Assembly (NCBI GenBank): GCA_016712535.1
Contig: JADJQW010000002.1
Span: 852,458 to 916,457 of the forward strand
Source of the DNA: Flavobacteriales bacterium
Lineage (GTDB): Bacteria; Bacteroidota; Bacteroidia; Flavobacteriales_F; PHOS-HE28
DNA length: 64,000 nt
Reading direction: 5' to 3'
In this document: piece by piece, positions 9,569 to 19,109 of the stretch
Numbering within the stretch: position 1 is the stretch's first letter
Layout of the letters: the number at the start of each line of letters is the position of its first letter
Translations under genes and position numbers: made by a program
Notes under the pieces: generated by a model
Told to the model about the DNA's origin: nothing
The model's database searches: none
The model's input: the letters and a program-made list of their open reading frames with translations, nothing else

Positions 9569-10369
9569 ATGACCCGCCAAGCCCACGAACTCGATCACCG
9601 CATAGTCGGTGACGACATGCAATGCGTCGAGATCACACTCGACCCCGGAGAGACCGTCGTTGCCGAAGCAGGCACGATGATGATGATGGATGAAGGCATC
9701 GCCATGCAGACCATCTTCGGCGATGGGCGCGGGCAGCAGCAGGGCTTCCTGGACAAGATGCTCGGCGCGGGCAAGCGCCTGCTCACCGGTGAGAGCCTCT
9801 TCATGACCACTTACACCAACCAGAGCCAGGTGCGCCGCACGGCCTGGTTCGCGGCGGCCTACCCCGGCAAGATCATGCCGCTGGATCTGCGCGACTACCA
9901 AGGCAAACTGATCTGCCAGAAGGACAGCTTCCTCTGCGCGGCCAAAGGCGTGAGCATCGGGATCGCCTTCCAGAAGCGCTTGGGCGCGGGCCTCTTCGGC
10001 GGTGAGGGCTTCATCATGCAGAAGCTGGAGGGCGATGGCCAAGTGTACATACACGCCGGCGGCACCACCGTGCAGCGCGATCTGGCGCCCGGAGAGATGC
10101 TCCGCGTGGATACCGGCTGTCTGGTGGCCATGACGCAGACCATCGATTACGATATCCAGTTCGTAGGCGGGATCAAGAACACGCTTTTCGGCGGCGAGGG
10201 CTTGTTCTTCGCGCAGCTGCGCGGGCCGGGCCATGTGTGGATACAGTCGTTGCCATTCAGCAGGCTCGCGGATAACATCATCGCCGCTTCGCCGAAGGCT
10301 GGCGGCCGCGGGAAGGAAGAGGGCAGCATCCTCGGCGGCTTGGGCCGCATGCTCGACGGCGATAACTGA
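9569..10369 (+). CDS. AIM24/TIGR00266-family protein
   Basis: ORF 9509..10369. Start at Met21 ([28 protein letters not shown]). Characteristic repeated GEG…LRGPG blocks and [12 protein letters not shown]. Confidence 0.75.
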   Translation: MTRQAHELDHRIVGDDMQCVEITLDPGETVVAEAGTMMMMDEGIAMQTIFGDGRGQQQGFLDKMLGAGKRLLTGESLFMTTYTNQSQVRRTAWFAAAYPGKIMPLDLRDYQGKLICQKDSFLCAAKGVSIGIAFQKRLGAGLFGGEGFIMQKLEGDGQVYIHAGGTTVQRDLAPGEMLRVDTGCLVAMTQTIDYDIQFVGGIKNTLFGGEGLFFAQLRGPGHVWIQSLPFSRLADNIIAASPKAGGRGKEEGSILGGLGRMLDGDN

Positions 10370-10540
10370 TCAGGCTTCCTCCGCCGGCGGGTGCTTCGGC
10401 TTCCGCGCATAGCCCTTCTTGCTCTTCACCACGCGTGGGCGGTAGCGCCCATCCAAAGCGCCAGCGGCCTTCTGAGCCTCGCGCTTCGCGGCGCGCTCGA
10501 TGGCGTCGAGCTCCTTCTTCGTGATGCGCTTCTTCGCCAT
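10370..10540 (-). CDS. 56-aa highly basic hypothetical protein (MAKKRITKKELDAIERAAKREAQKAAGALDGRYRPRVVKSKKGYARKPKHPPAEEA)
   Basis: ATG-initiated ORF 3 nt downstream of the AraC stop and in the same orientation. It falls below the ORF-track size cutoff. K/R-rich composition like a nucleic-acid-binding or ribosome-associated protein. No family assigned. Confidence 0.4.
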   Translation of the reverse strand: MAKKRITKKELDAIERAAKREAQKAAGALDGRYRPRVVKSKKGYARKPKHPPAEEA

Positions 10541-10543
10541 GGA

Positions 10544-11404
10544 TCAGATGTACATGCGCCGAAGCGGGTCATCCTTGTCGATGTTTTCGTCGAACGTGCG
10601 GCCTACCTCGCTGCGGTGCATGCGCGCGAGGTAATCCGTGGGCGTGAAACCGGTGAAGCCTTTGAAGTCGTTGATGAAGTGGCTCTGGTCGTAATAGCCT
10701 GCCGCAACGGCGATCGCGATCCAGTCCGGCATGGCGCGGCTCTGGTCCATCAGCTCGAAAGCGTGCTGGAACCGCACGAGCTGCAGGAAGAGCTTCGGCT
10801 CAGCGCCTATTCGGTCGATGAACCGCCGCTGGAATTGCCGCACGCTCAGTCCTGCTTCGCCAGCTAACGCAGCCACCGTGGTCTTACCAAGCATCTCCAT
10901 GGCCTTCTTGCACGCGGCCATCATGGTTTCATCGAGCGCGGGCTTGCGCAGGTGCGCGACCAGGAATGCCTCGATGCACGCGATTCGCTGCTCGGGCCCG
11001 GATGCCGCGCGCATGGACCGCTCCAGCGCTTCCGTGCCCCTCATCACTCCCCGCAATTCAACGTTCCTGTCCGTTGCGCGCTTCAATTCAAAGTCCAGGA
11101 AGGGTGTCAGCCCCCACGGGTGAAAGCCAGCCATGATCACTCCCAGGCGCCCCGGGTTCGAATAGGCCACGGTGCGGGTGGTGTAGCCGGTGATCGCGTA
11201 GCCTGGTGAGTGCTTCAGCGGGCCGCCCATGTCGCGCTCATACGACTCGTCGCCATAACTGAACACCATCTGAGCATGAGGCACGGGCAGCACGTTGACC
11301 TCGAAGGGCGGCTCACCGGGTACGGCTTCGTTCTCCATGATGAAGTAGTACGACAGGTAAGGAGCCAATCGCTCCGAAGGGCGCATGAAGCTCGGTTCGG
11401 CCAT
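10544..11404 (-). CDS. AraC-family transcriptional regulator
   Basis: ORF 10544..11719. Start at MAEPSF (Met106). C-terminal AraC HTH signature (…DWIAIAVAAGYYDQSHFINDFKGFTGFTPTDY). Confidence 0.8.
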   Translation of the reverse strand: MAEPSFMRPSERLAPYLSYYFIMENEAVPGEPPFEVNVLPVPHAQMVFSYGDESYERDMGGPLKHSPGYAITGYTTRTVAYSNPGRLGVIMAGFHPWGLTPFLDFELKRATDRNVELRGVMRGTEALERSMRAASGPEQRIACIEAFLVAHLRKPALDETMMAACKKAMEMLGKTTVAALAGEAGLSVRQFQRRFIDRIGAEPKLFLQLVRFQHAFELMDQSRAMPDWIAIAVAAGYYDQSHFINDFKGFTGFTPTDYLARMHRSEVGRTFDENIDKDDPLRRMYI

Positions 11405-11516
11405 GCATCGAAAGTACCGGGATCTGTTGATCGGAAGAATGCGACAGGTCAATGTCGCCAAGTTCCAAGGCCGCAGTGTGGTGCTCGTGCCTGTTTTGCC
11501 GTCAGCGATCAACGCC

Positions 11517-12224
11517 ATGAACAAGATGAAGAATTTCCGCTCCGCTGAGCGCTCCGCCGGAATCATGCTGCTTGTCGCTGCTCCCACCGCCTTGATCAGC
11601 TTCTTCCTGCTCCCGGCGGCCTTCGGCTGGGATTTCGACCTGCTTTTCGACCCCTTCCGCGCAATCGCGCACGCGGAGGCAGACCTTGCCATGTACCGTT
11701 GGGGCTGGCTGCTCGACATACCCGGATATTACCTGCTTGCACTTCCGGCCATGCTCGTCCTGCGCGCATTCATGAATGGCGCATCGCCCATGCTGCGCGA
11801 TGCCGCCCTGCTCTGCGGCGCCGGCTATTTGCTGATCGGCACCAGCGGCGCGGCGATCCTGGCCAGCTGCACTGATCTCTTCACGCGCTATGCCGAAGGC
11901 ACTGATGAGGTGCGCATCGCAGTCTCGGAGCTGCACGCCTCCATCGCCTGCATCGTCATGGATGGCTTGTGGAATACCATAGCCATGGTCCTTTTCGCAG
12001 CCTGGGCCCTGATCACAGGATTCCACATCAGGCGATGGAGCCATCCGGTGGGACTAATGCTTGCAGTGGTCGGCGCGCTGGCCGCGCTGGACGTGCTGGG
12101 CGGTTTATTCCACCTCGAGGGCCTCGCCACGGTCGGCCTTTTCGGCTACCTGTTCGTGTTCCCGGCCTGGTGCATCCTGGCCGGAACGCGCCTCTTGCGC
12201 CCAAGCCGCGATTTGGGGGCATGA
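11517..12224 (+). CDS. polytopic membrane protein (DUF4386-like?)
   Basis: ORF 11385..12224. Most plausible start is MNKMKNF at 11517. About 6 hydrophobic helices. Divergent from AraC across a 112-bp gap. Confidence 0.55.
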   Translation: MNKMKNFRSAERSAGIMLLVAAPTALISFFLLPAAFGWDFDLLFDPFRAIAHAEADLAMYRWGWLLDIPGYYLLALPAMLVLRAFMNGASPMLRDAALLCGAGYLLIGTSGAAILASCTDLFTRYAEGTDEVRIAVSELHASIACIVMDGLWNTIAMVLFAAWALITGFHIRRWSHPVGLMLAVVGALAALDVLGGLFHLEGLATVGLFGYLFVFPAWCILAGTRLLRPSRDLGA

Positions 12225-12264
12225 CGCAATCTCCACATATTCGATCAACCAAACCGTCCCTGCC

Positions 12265-13257
12265 ATGAAACGCATCCTGAAGTTCGTGGGCATACTCCTT
12301 CTGCTCTTTGTCCTGGCGGTGTCCGCCGCCATCGGATACGTCACCGCGGCCTTGCCCGGTATCGACGCACCAGCCGACCTCAAGGTGGAACTCACGCCCG
12401 AGCGCATAGAGCGAGGCCGCTATCTGGCCAACAGCCTCTGCGTATGCATGGATTGCCACAGCACGCGCGACTGGGACCTCTATGCCGGCCCGCTCAAGCC
12501 GGGCACCTTCGGCGGCGGCGGCGAGAAGTTCGATCGGTCCATGCAGTTCCCCGGCGAGTTCTACTCGAAGAACATCACGCCCTTCGCCCTGAGCGGCTGG
12601 ACGGACGGGGAGATTTACCGCGCTATCACCAGCGGCATCAGCAAGGATGGCCATCCGTTCTTCCCGGTGATGCCGTATGGGAACTACAACAAGCTGGCGA
12701 CGGAAGATGTCCATAGCATCATCGCCTACCTCCGAACGCTCGACCCGGTCAAGACGCAGCCCTATCCGGCCAGCGTGATCGATTTCCCGGTGAACCTGAT
12801 CATGCGCACCATGCCTGCACCTGCCGCTCCCATGGTGCGGCCATCGCCAGGAGACCCTGCGTACGGCGAGTACGTCGTGAACGCGGGTGCGTGCATGGAA
12901 TGCCATACCAAGTCAGAGAAGGGGAAGAAGATCGGAGAGCCCTTCGCCGGCGGCTTCGTCTTCAACCTGCCCAACGGCTCCATCGTGCGGTCCGCCAACA
13001 TCACGCCGCACCCCACCGATGGGATAGGCGCATGGGACAAGGCCACCTTCATCGCGCGCTTCAAGCAGTACGCCGATAGCAGCTATGCGCCACCGAAGGT
13101 CGACTGGCAGGCCGGGGACTTCCAGACCGTGATGCCGTGGCTCATGTACGCCACGATGACCGAGGAGGACCTGGGATCCATCTACGATTACCTGCGCGCA
13201 TTGCCCCCTGTGGCGGGCCGTCCGGAGAAGTGGACTCCTGCGCCGACCGGTTCTTAG
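12265..13257 (+). CDS. diheme c-type cytochrome, membrane-anchored
   Basis: ORF 12061..13257. Start MKRILKFVGILLLLFVLAV (signal anchor). Two CXXCH motifs (CMDCH, CMECH). Confidence 0.75.
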   Translation: MKRILKFVGILLLLFVLAVSAAIGYVTAALPGIDAPADLKVELTPERIERGRYLANSLCVCMDCHSTRDWDLYAGPLKPGTFGGGGEKFDRSMQFPGEFYSKNITPFALSGWTDGEIYRAITSGISKDGHPFFPVMPYGNYNKLATEDVHSIIAYLRTLDPVKTQPYPASVIDFPVNLIMRTMPAPAAPMVRPSPGDPAYGEYVVNAGACMECHTKSEKGKKIGEPFAGGFVFNLPNGSIVRSANITPHPTDGIGAWDKATFIARFKQYADSSYAPPKVDWQAGDFQTVMPWLMYATMTEEDLGSIYDYLRALPPVAGRPEKWTPAPTGS

Positions 13258-13778
13258 CGCAGCACGCTGTACATCGCAAGGTCGAGCAGGCGCCCATCGG
13301 CGGTGCGGTAATCGCGGCGCATGATGCCCTCGCGCTCGAAGCCGCAGCGCTCCAGCACCGTGCAACTGCCGATATTCTCTGGATCCACGCGGGCCAGCAC
13401 CTTTTCCATGCCCAGTTGCGTGAAGGCGAAGTCAACCGCCCACATCACGCCCATGGTGGTGATGCCCTTGCCCTCATATATGGCGCTGATGAAGTAGGCG
13501 ATTTCGCAGCGCGGCACCGTCCAATCGAACTCTTTCAGGAACACCAGGCCGATCGGATCGCTGCCTTCATAGTCTCGCATAACGAAGCAGAAATACTCGC
13601 GTCGTTTCGACTTCGCCAGCATGTCTTTGATATAGCTGCGCGTGGCGCGTGGGTCAGTGCAGTGTGCGCAGGTGACCGGGAAATAGGGCTGCAGTCGCAC
13701 GCGCTCCCGGTCGATCAATTTGAACAGGCCGAGGTGGTCGTCCTTGGTGATGGGCTCGATGATGACCGAATCGCTCAT
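13254..13778 (-). CDS. GNAT-family N-acetyltransferase (RimJ/RimL-like)
   Basis: 174 aa. Acetyl-CoA binding-like block and the characteristic RimL-type fold sequence. 4-nt overlap with yhhQ upstream. It also overlaps the convergent cytochrome gene stop. Confidence 0.8.
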   Translation of the reverse strand: MSDSVIIEPITKDDHLGLFKLIDRERVRLQPYFPVTCAHCTDPRATRSYIKDMLAKSKRREYFCFVMRDYEGSDPIGLVFLKEFDWTVPRCEIAYFISAIYEGKGITTMGVMWAVDFAFTQLGMEKVLARVDPENIGSCTVLERCGFEREGIMRRDYRTADGRLLDLAMYSVLR

Positions 13779-14563
13779 TGGTCTTCGCGCGCAAGCAGCG
13801 CAGCCGCTCGCATGGCTGCTGCTCGCTCGGCGCCAAGGTACCGTTCCACTCCTGCATGGGCGAGGTACACGACCGGGGTGCTCAATAGCGCCACTATGAA
13901 TTTGTACGAATACGCGGTGAGCACCATGGCCGTGCAGCGTGCGAAGCTGAAGTCGTCGCGCATCACCCAGAAGGCCACGTAGGTGACCACGACGCTATCG
14001 ATGAGCTGGCTGATGAGCGTGCTCCCGGTGGCGCGCAGCCAGATGCGGCGATCACCGGTGATGCGCTTGATGCGCCTGAACGTGAACGCATCCACGAGCT
14101 GCCCCACGATGAAGGCCGCGAGCGAGCCGAGGATGATGTTCATGCCTTGCCCGAAGATCCCGGAGAAGGCCGCTTGCATGTCGGGCACGCCCTGATCGGC
14201 ATTCATGCCCAACCAGAAATCGGCTGGCGGCATGCCGATGGCGAAGTACATGACGACGAATCCGAAGGCGATGAGCCCCGCCGTGAGAAGGGTGAGGAAG
14301 CGAACACCGCGCACGCCGTAGTAGTCGTTCACCACGTCGGTCATGATGAAGACGATGGGCCAGGGCAGCACGCCCACGCTGAGCACGAAGCTCATGCCCT
14401 CTTGGCCGAGCAGCGTGAAGTCGGCCTTCGCCGCGCCGAAGAGGCTCTCCAGCTGGAAGAGCTTCACGCCGATCATCTCGGCCAAGAGCGCATTCGCCAC
14501 GAAGAAGCCACCGAGGATGAGGAAGAGGCGCGTGGCCTTGTCGGACAGGATGGAATGGATCAC
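13775..14563 (-). CDS. yhhQ: queuosine-precursor transporter YhhQ/DUF165 family
   Basis: 262 aa starting MIHSILSDKATRLFLILGGFFVANALLAEM. Typical YhhQ N-terminus and 6-TM profile. Confidence 0.85.
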   Translation of the reverse strand: MIHSILSDKATRLFLILGGFFVANALLAEMIGVKLFQLESLFGAAKADFTLLGQEGMSFVLSVGVLPWPIVFIMTDVVNDYYGVRGVRFLTLLTAGLIAFGFVVMYFAIGMPPADFWLGMNADQGVPDMQAAFSGIFGQGMNIILGSLAAFIVGQLVDAFTFRRIKRITGDRRIWLRATGSTLISQLIDSVVVTYVAFWVMRDDFSFARCTAMVLTAYSYKFIVALLSTPVVYLAHAGVERYLGAERAAAMRAAALLAREDQ

Positions 14564-15348
14564 GGGGCCACAAGATCGCCCACGCGCACCACACCGCCTT
14601 CGAGCCCCGCCGCGTTCATCCCGAACAGCACCTTGCCGTCGCGTGCGCGATAGGTGGCCAGCGTGCGCAGGGGCTCCTTTCCGCGTTCACCCGTGCTCTG
14701 GTCCGTGGCGGTGATCACGCATCGCGCGCAGGGCTTCACGAGCTGGAATCGCGCTCCGCCGATGGCGACCTCTTTCCACGCATCCTCTTGGAACGCAGCG
14801 CCACCAGCGATAACCAGATTGGGCCGGAAGCGGTCCATGGGCACCGGCGCATCGAGCCGTGCATTCAGATCATCCAGTGAAGCCTGTGATACGATCAAGT
14901 ACGGGAAGCCGTCGCTGAGGCTGGTATGACCTTTCGCATAGCGCCCATCGATGCGGCGGTGCGTGGCTTCCGGCATGAATACGAGTTGAACATCAGCGCC
15001 GAGCCGTGCGCTGAACCACGTGCTCCACTGAGCATTTCCTTGCTCAACGCGCACGAGGTCGCTCCACACGCTGGCCATGCGCGAACCCTCGCTCGCAATG
15101 GACCACGGCAGGTCGATCGCCTCGCCATTGCGGATGTCGGTCACGCGGAAGCCATCGCCCTGTGGCGCGCAACGCAGGCAGGCCATGGCAGGGATCTCGC
15201 GTTGTGAGAGGAAGCGGCCATCCGGATCCACGAGCATCCAGCGGCGGTCGTGTTGCAAGCCGCGGTCGGTGAGCTTCGCCTGCTGCACCGCGAAGCCGCC
15301 CAACGACTTCACTGGATGAATGCGGATGGTTGCGAGCGACAAGCTCAT
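14560..15348 (-). CDS. MOSC domain-containing protein (MOSC_N beta-barrel + MOSC)
   Basis: 262 aa. The pattern IRIHPVKSLGG…RPNLVI…CARC matches MOSC proteins. 4-nt overlaps with both flanking genes. Confidence 0.8.
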   Translation of the reverse strand: MSLSLATIRIHPVKSLGGFAVQQAKLTDRGLQHDRRWMLVDPDGRFLSQREIPAMACLRCAPQGDGFRVTDIRNGEAIDLPWSIASEGSRMASVWSDLVRVEQGNAQWSTWFSARLGADVQLVFMPEATHRRIDGRYAKGHTSLSDGFPYLIVSQASLDDLNARLDAPVPMDRFRPNLVIAGGAAFQEDAWKEVAIGGARFQLVKPCARCVITATDQSTGERGKEPLRTLATYRARDGKVLFGMNAAGLEGGVVRVGDLVAP

Positions 15349-17282
15349 TCGCGGAGCACGCGCTTGATCACCTCCGTGCCGTTCACGCGCAGCAGCAGCA
15401 AATAGGTGCCCCGGGATTCCGGCAGACGCACCCGCAATACGGACCCGCTACGCTGCATTTCGGAATGAACGCGTGCGCCGCGCGCATCCGATATCCCAAG
15501 AAGGACCGGTTGAGCGCCGGGCTTCGCGGTGATGCTGATCCAGCCGTCGCGGGTGGGCACCGGATGCACATGGATCAGATCGGCTGGTCGCTCGGCGACG
15601 CCCGCGGGGCCGAGGAAAAGCGAATCAACCGCAACCAACGAGGGCGATCGGTCACTCGCCTCGAGCATGTCGCGGAAGGTGTTGATCTCCGGATGGTCAT
15701 GGCTGAACATCTCCGCATTCCAAGCGGGCGGAACGGGCTGGTACCACACACGGGCGAAGGCGTGCAAACCTTCATACGCCCCGTTGATGGGCACATGGTA
15801 CCGCACGATGTCCGCTCCTGTTCCCTCATCGCCGAAAGCGCTCAGATTGAAATCGATGTCGCTCGCGGGCACGCCGGCCACTCGCGTGGTGTCGTATGCG
15901 AAGTGCGTGCTGGTGAATCCGACGGGCGCCAAACGGTTGTCCTTGATCGGGTCCTTGGCGCGCTCGAGCACCGTGGTCACGTCCCCGTTCACATCGCCCA
16001 TCACCATCTCGTAGATCTGCACTTGCTCCCCGCTGGTGATCACGTCGTGGTGCGGTTCATAGGGCGAATCGTGGCCTTCCGTTTCAAAGGCGCTGTTCAG
16101 CACCCCGCTCTTGAACACGGTATCGCCCTCCATGCTGAGCACGATGAACTCCACGAAGGCGCGACGGGACGGATAGCCGCTGGGGAAGCGGTGGCCGGCC
16201 TTGTTCTCCAGCCGCAGGGCGAAGTAGGCGGTATCGCTGGTTCGGTCGAGCAGGGTGAGCGAGGCATCGAGCGTATGGTGCCGGAGCATGCGCTGCGTGC
16301 GCGCGATGGTGCTATCGAACTGCAGCTCGGAGGCGGGTATATCCAGCGCATCCTTGTTCTGCTTCAGCAGGCGCAGCATGTGCTCGTTCCCGCCCGCCAG
16401 GTGGTGCAGGCCGAAGGGCGATTGCGGATTCAGGAAAGGGTACTCCGCTGCGAGCAGGATGCCATCATTGATGCGCGGCATGTGGCAGGTGTTGCACTGC
16501 GTGCCGTTGGCGCTGTACACGCTGTTCAGCCACTCATGGTAGGTGGCCTGCTCCACGAAACGGTCGCCGGTGAGGTTGCCATCCAGGTCGGCGGTCTCGG
16601 TGATCAGCGTATGGCAGCCCGCGCACACCTTGCTGTTCACGATGTGGCTGCCGAAGCCGGGCGTGAAGCGCACGAAGAACTGCATGATGGCCGGGTTGAT
16701 CTGGTCGTCGCTGTAAGGTCCGTACACGCGCGCCGAATCGAACTGCAATTCACCGCTGAAGAAGCTGCCGGCGGTGGCCTCGCTCTGCATGTGGCAGCTC
16801 AGGCAGCTCACGCCGTCCATGCCGAGCCGGCTGGTGTCGAGGTGCGCAAGCGTGAAGAGGTCATGGCCGAGGAGGCGTTCCTCGTGCATGCCCAAGGGCG
16901 CATGGCAGCCCAGGCATTTATTCTGGAGCGAATCGGCGTGCGCCGGGTTCACCAGCGATTCGTGCCGCACCTTGGCGCGGAAGAAGGGGTCGCGCGCACT
17001 GTTGGCCATCATCGTGCTCCGCCAATCGTCCACCACGTTCACATCGCGGCCCTGCGCATCGATGCTGGCAATCCCCTGCAGGTCGCGTCCATGGCAGCCG
17101 GCGCACCGGCCTGCCGTGGTGAAGTAGGTGCCGATGATCACCGGCAGGCTGTCGGCGCTGCGCAGGAGCGAGAGCTCCAAGCGGCCGTGCGGGCCGAGCA
17201 TGGGCCGCATGGCGAAGTCCCACGCCGAGAGCAGCAGCACCAGCAGCGCCGCAGTACCGAGCACGATGGTCTTCTTCCGCAT
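15345..17282 (-). CDS. pentaheme c-type cytochrome with T9SS C-terminal sorting domain
   Basis: 645 aa. Signal peptide MRKKTIVLGTAALLVLLLSA. Five CXXCH motifs (CAGCH, CLGCH, CLSCH, CAGCH, CNTCH) in the N-terminal 270 aa. A non-heme central region follows, and the C-terminal roughly 80 aa (…WISITAKPG…GTYLLLLRVNGTEV) has a T9SS CTD pattern. Confidence 0.8.
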   Translation of the reverse strand: MRKKTIVLGTAALLVLLLSAWDFAMRPMLGPHGRLELSLLRSADSLPVIIGTYFTTAGRCAGCHGRDLQGIASIDAQGRDVNVVDDWRSTMMANSARDPFFRAKVRHESLVNPAHADSLQNKCLGCHAPLGMHEERLLGHDLFTLAHLDTSRLGMDGVSCLSCHMQSEATAGSFFSGELQFDSARVYGPYSDDQINPAIMQFFVRFTPGFGSHIVNSKVCAGCHTLITETADLDGNLTGDRFVEQATYHEWLNSVYSANGTQCNTCHMPRINDGILLAAEYPFLNPQSPFGLHHLAGGNEHMLRLLKQNKDALDIPASELQFDSTIARTQRMLRHHTLDASLTLLDRTSDTAYFALRLENKAGHRFPSGYPSRRAFVEFIVLSMEGDTVFKSGVLNSAFETEGHDSPYEPHHDVITSGEQVQIYEMVMGDVNGDVTTVLERAKDPIKDNRLAPVGFTSTHFAYDTTRVAGVPASDIDFNLSAFGDEGTGADIVRYHVPINGAYEGLHAFARVWYQPVPPAWNAEMFSHDHPEINTFRDMLEASDRSPSLVAVDSLFLGPAGVAERPADLIHVHPVPTRDGWISITAKPGAQPVLLGISDARGARVHSEMQRSGSVLRVRLPESRGTYLLLLRVNGTEVIKRVLRE

Positions 17283-17441
17283 GTTCGTGGCGCAAGGTAG
17301 AAGGCAAGGCCATGGCCCTTGGCCTGATACCTGTCATGATGGAACAACCGCCGGCGCGCGCGGTTCGCCATCAGGCATGCGTTGTGGGGATTTGGCTGCA
17401 CTGAGCGCTTCGGCGCCGTGGCACCCGGATACATTCGCACC

Positions 17442-19109
17442 ATGCGTTCGCTCTTGCTGTTCACCTGCCTCTGCCTTTCGAGCCTTGCCGTCGCGCAAGG
17501 TGCCGAGCCCTATGTTGACCACTGGGACGCCAAGAAGACCCTGAAGAAAAGCGAGGGCCTCATGGTGAACGGCCGTGAATGGGGCGAGTGGAAGTTCTAC
17601 GACCGCGATGGCCGGCTCGTGGAGCAGAGCGAGTTCCGTGCGGGCGAGCGCAATGGCCGGGTACGGATCTACTATCCCGCGCCAATGCCCGGTGCGGGCT
17701 CTCCCCAATTGCAGCACGACGGCTTCATGCGCCGCGGCGTGCAGGACAGCACCATCATCAGCTACTACGCCAACGGTCAGGTGATGGAGCGCGGCATGTA
17801 CAAGAAGGGGGTCAAAGAAGGTCCGTGGGAGTATTTCTACGCCGATGGCAAGCCTATGCTGAACGAACGATGGAGCCTCGGGATCGCAGTGGTCATCGAT
17901 GCGTGGGACCGTGACGGTGCGCAAACCGTGAACAAGGGCGACGGATTCGTGCGCGCGTACTTCCCCAGCGGCGCCATCAGCGAAGAGAAGCGCTATACCG
18001 CCGGCGTGCCCGATGGCGTGCAGACCGAGTATTGGCCGGCGGGCAACATCAAAGTGCAAGGCCCTTGCACCGGTGGCTTGCGCCATGGCGAGTGGAAGTG
18101 GTTCTCCAGCGCACGCAGGCCGGAGAAGACAGCCGGTTACAACACGGGCAAGCTGCACGGCGCCTACACCGTGTACCGGCCCGATAGCAGCATCGATGTC
18201 ACCGGCTGGCACAAGCACGATAAAAAAGACAGCCTCTGGACCTGGTTCTCATCGAAGGGCAAAGCCGAAATGAGCGGCCCATTCAATGATGACCTGCGCG
18301 ATGGTGTTTGGAAGCACTTCCACCCGAACGGCCAGCTGCAAAGCACCGGAGCGTTCAAGGCCGACAAGGAAGAAGGCGAATGGGTCTACTACTACGAAGG
18401 CGGACAACTTTGGAAGAAGGGCGCATTCGCTGCAGGCCAGAAAACCGGCACATGGACCACGCGCTATGAGAAAGGGCAGAAGCTCCAGGAGGGTCCCTAT
18501 GTGAATGGCAAGGAGGAAGGCTTGTGGCAGAGCTGGTTCGAGAACGGCAAGCCGAAAACTGAGGGCTCATTCAAGCAAGGGCGCATGAATGGCCTATGGA
18601 AGGGCTTTTTCCCTGATGGCAGTCCGGATTACGAAGGCTGGTTCCAAGATGACCTGAAGCATGGTGCGTGGAAACTCTACTTCGACCCCGTCGAAGGCAA
18701 GATCACCGGCGGACGTGTGCGCGAGGAGGGAAGCTATCACCAAGGAAAGAAGAGCGGGCGCTGGATCGCCTATAGCGTGAACGGAACGCCCATCAGCGAA
18801 GGGCTCTATGCCAACGGCACGCCCACCGGTCCCTGGATCTACTTCGACGATGCCGGCGTGAAGATGCGCGAGCAGGAATTGCTCAATGGCGATCCCCATG
18901 GCAACTGCAAGGTCTATGACCAGCGCGGCCGCGTGGTGCAAGAGATGAACTACCGCAACGGCCGTCTGCACGGCACCATGACCACCTTCGATCGCAGCGG
19001 CAAGCCCACCAAGACGGTGGAGTACGAGGACGGGCAGATCAAGAAGCCCGAGCCGCCGAAAGCGCAGCCGCAGCAACAGGGAGGAGGAGTGCCGGGGGGA
19101 AGGAGGTGA
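17442..19109 (+). CDS. secreted MORN-variant / YwqK-family repeat protein
   Basis: ORF 17382..19109. Start MRSLLLFTCLCLSSLAVAQG. More than 15 tandem repeats of roughly 23 aa of the form G.W..Y..NG.L...G.Y..G.K.G.W. Confidence 0.7.
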   Translation: MRSLLLFTCLCLSSLAVAQGAEPYVDHWDAKKTLKKSEGLMVNGREWGEWKFYDRDGRLVEQSEFRAGERNGRVRIYYPAPMPGAGSPQLQHDGFMRRGVQDSTIISYYANGQVMERGMYKKGVKEGPWEYFYADGKPMLNERWSLGIAVVIDAWDRDGAQTVNKGDGFVRAYFPSGAISEEKRYTAGVPDGVQTEYWPAGNIKVQGPCTGGLRHGEWKWFSSARRPEKTAGYNTGKLHGAYTVYRPDSSIDVTGWHKHDKKDSLWTWFSSKGKAEMSGPFNDDLRDGVWKHFHPNGQLQSTGAFKADKEEGEWVYYYEGGQLWKKGAFAAGQKTGTWTTRYEKGQKLQEGPYVNGKEEGLWQSWFENGKPKTEGSFKQGRMNGLWKGFFPDGSPDYEGWFQDDLKHGAWKLYFDPVEGKITGGRVREEGSYHQGKKSGRWIAYSVNGTPISEGLYANGTPTGPWIYFDDAGVKMREQELLNGDPHGNCKVYDQRGRVVQEMNYRNGRLHGTMTTFDRSGKPTKTVEYEDGQIKKPEPPKAQPQQQGGGVPGGRR

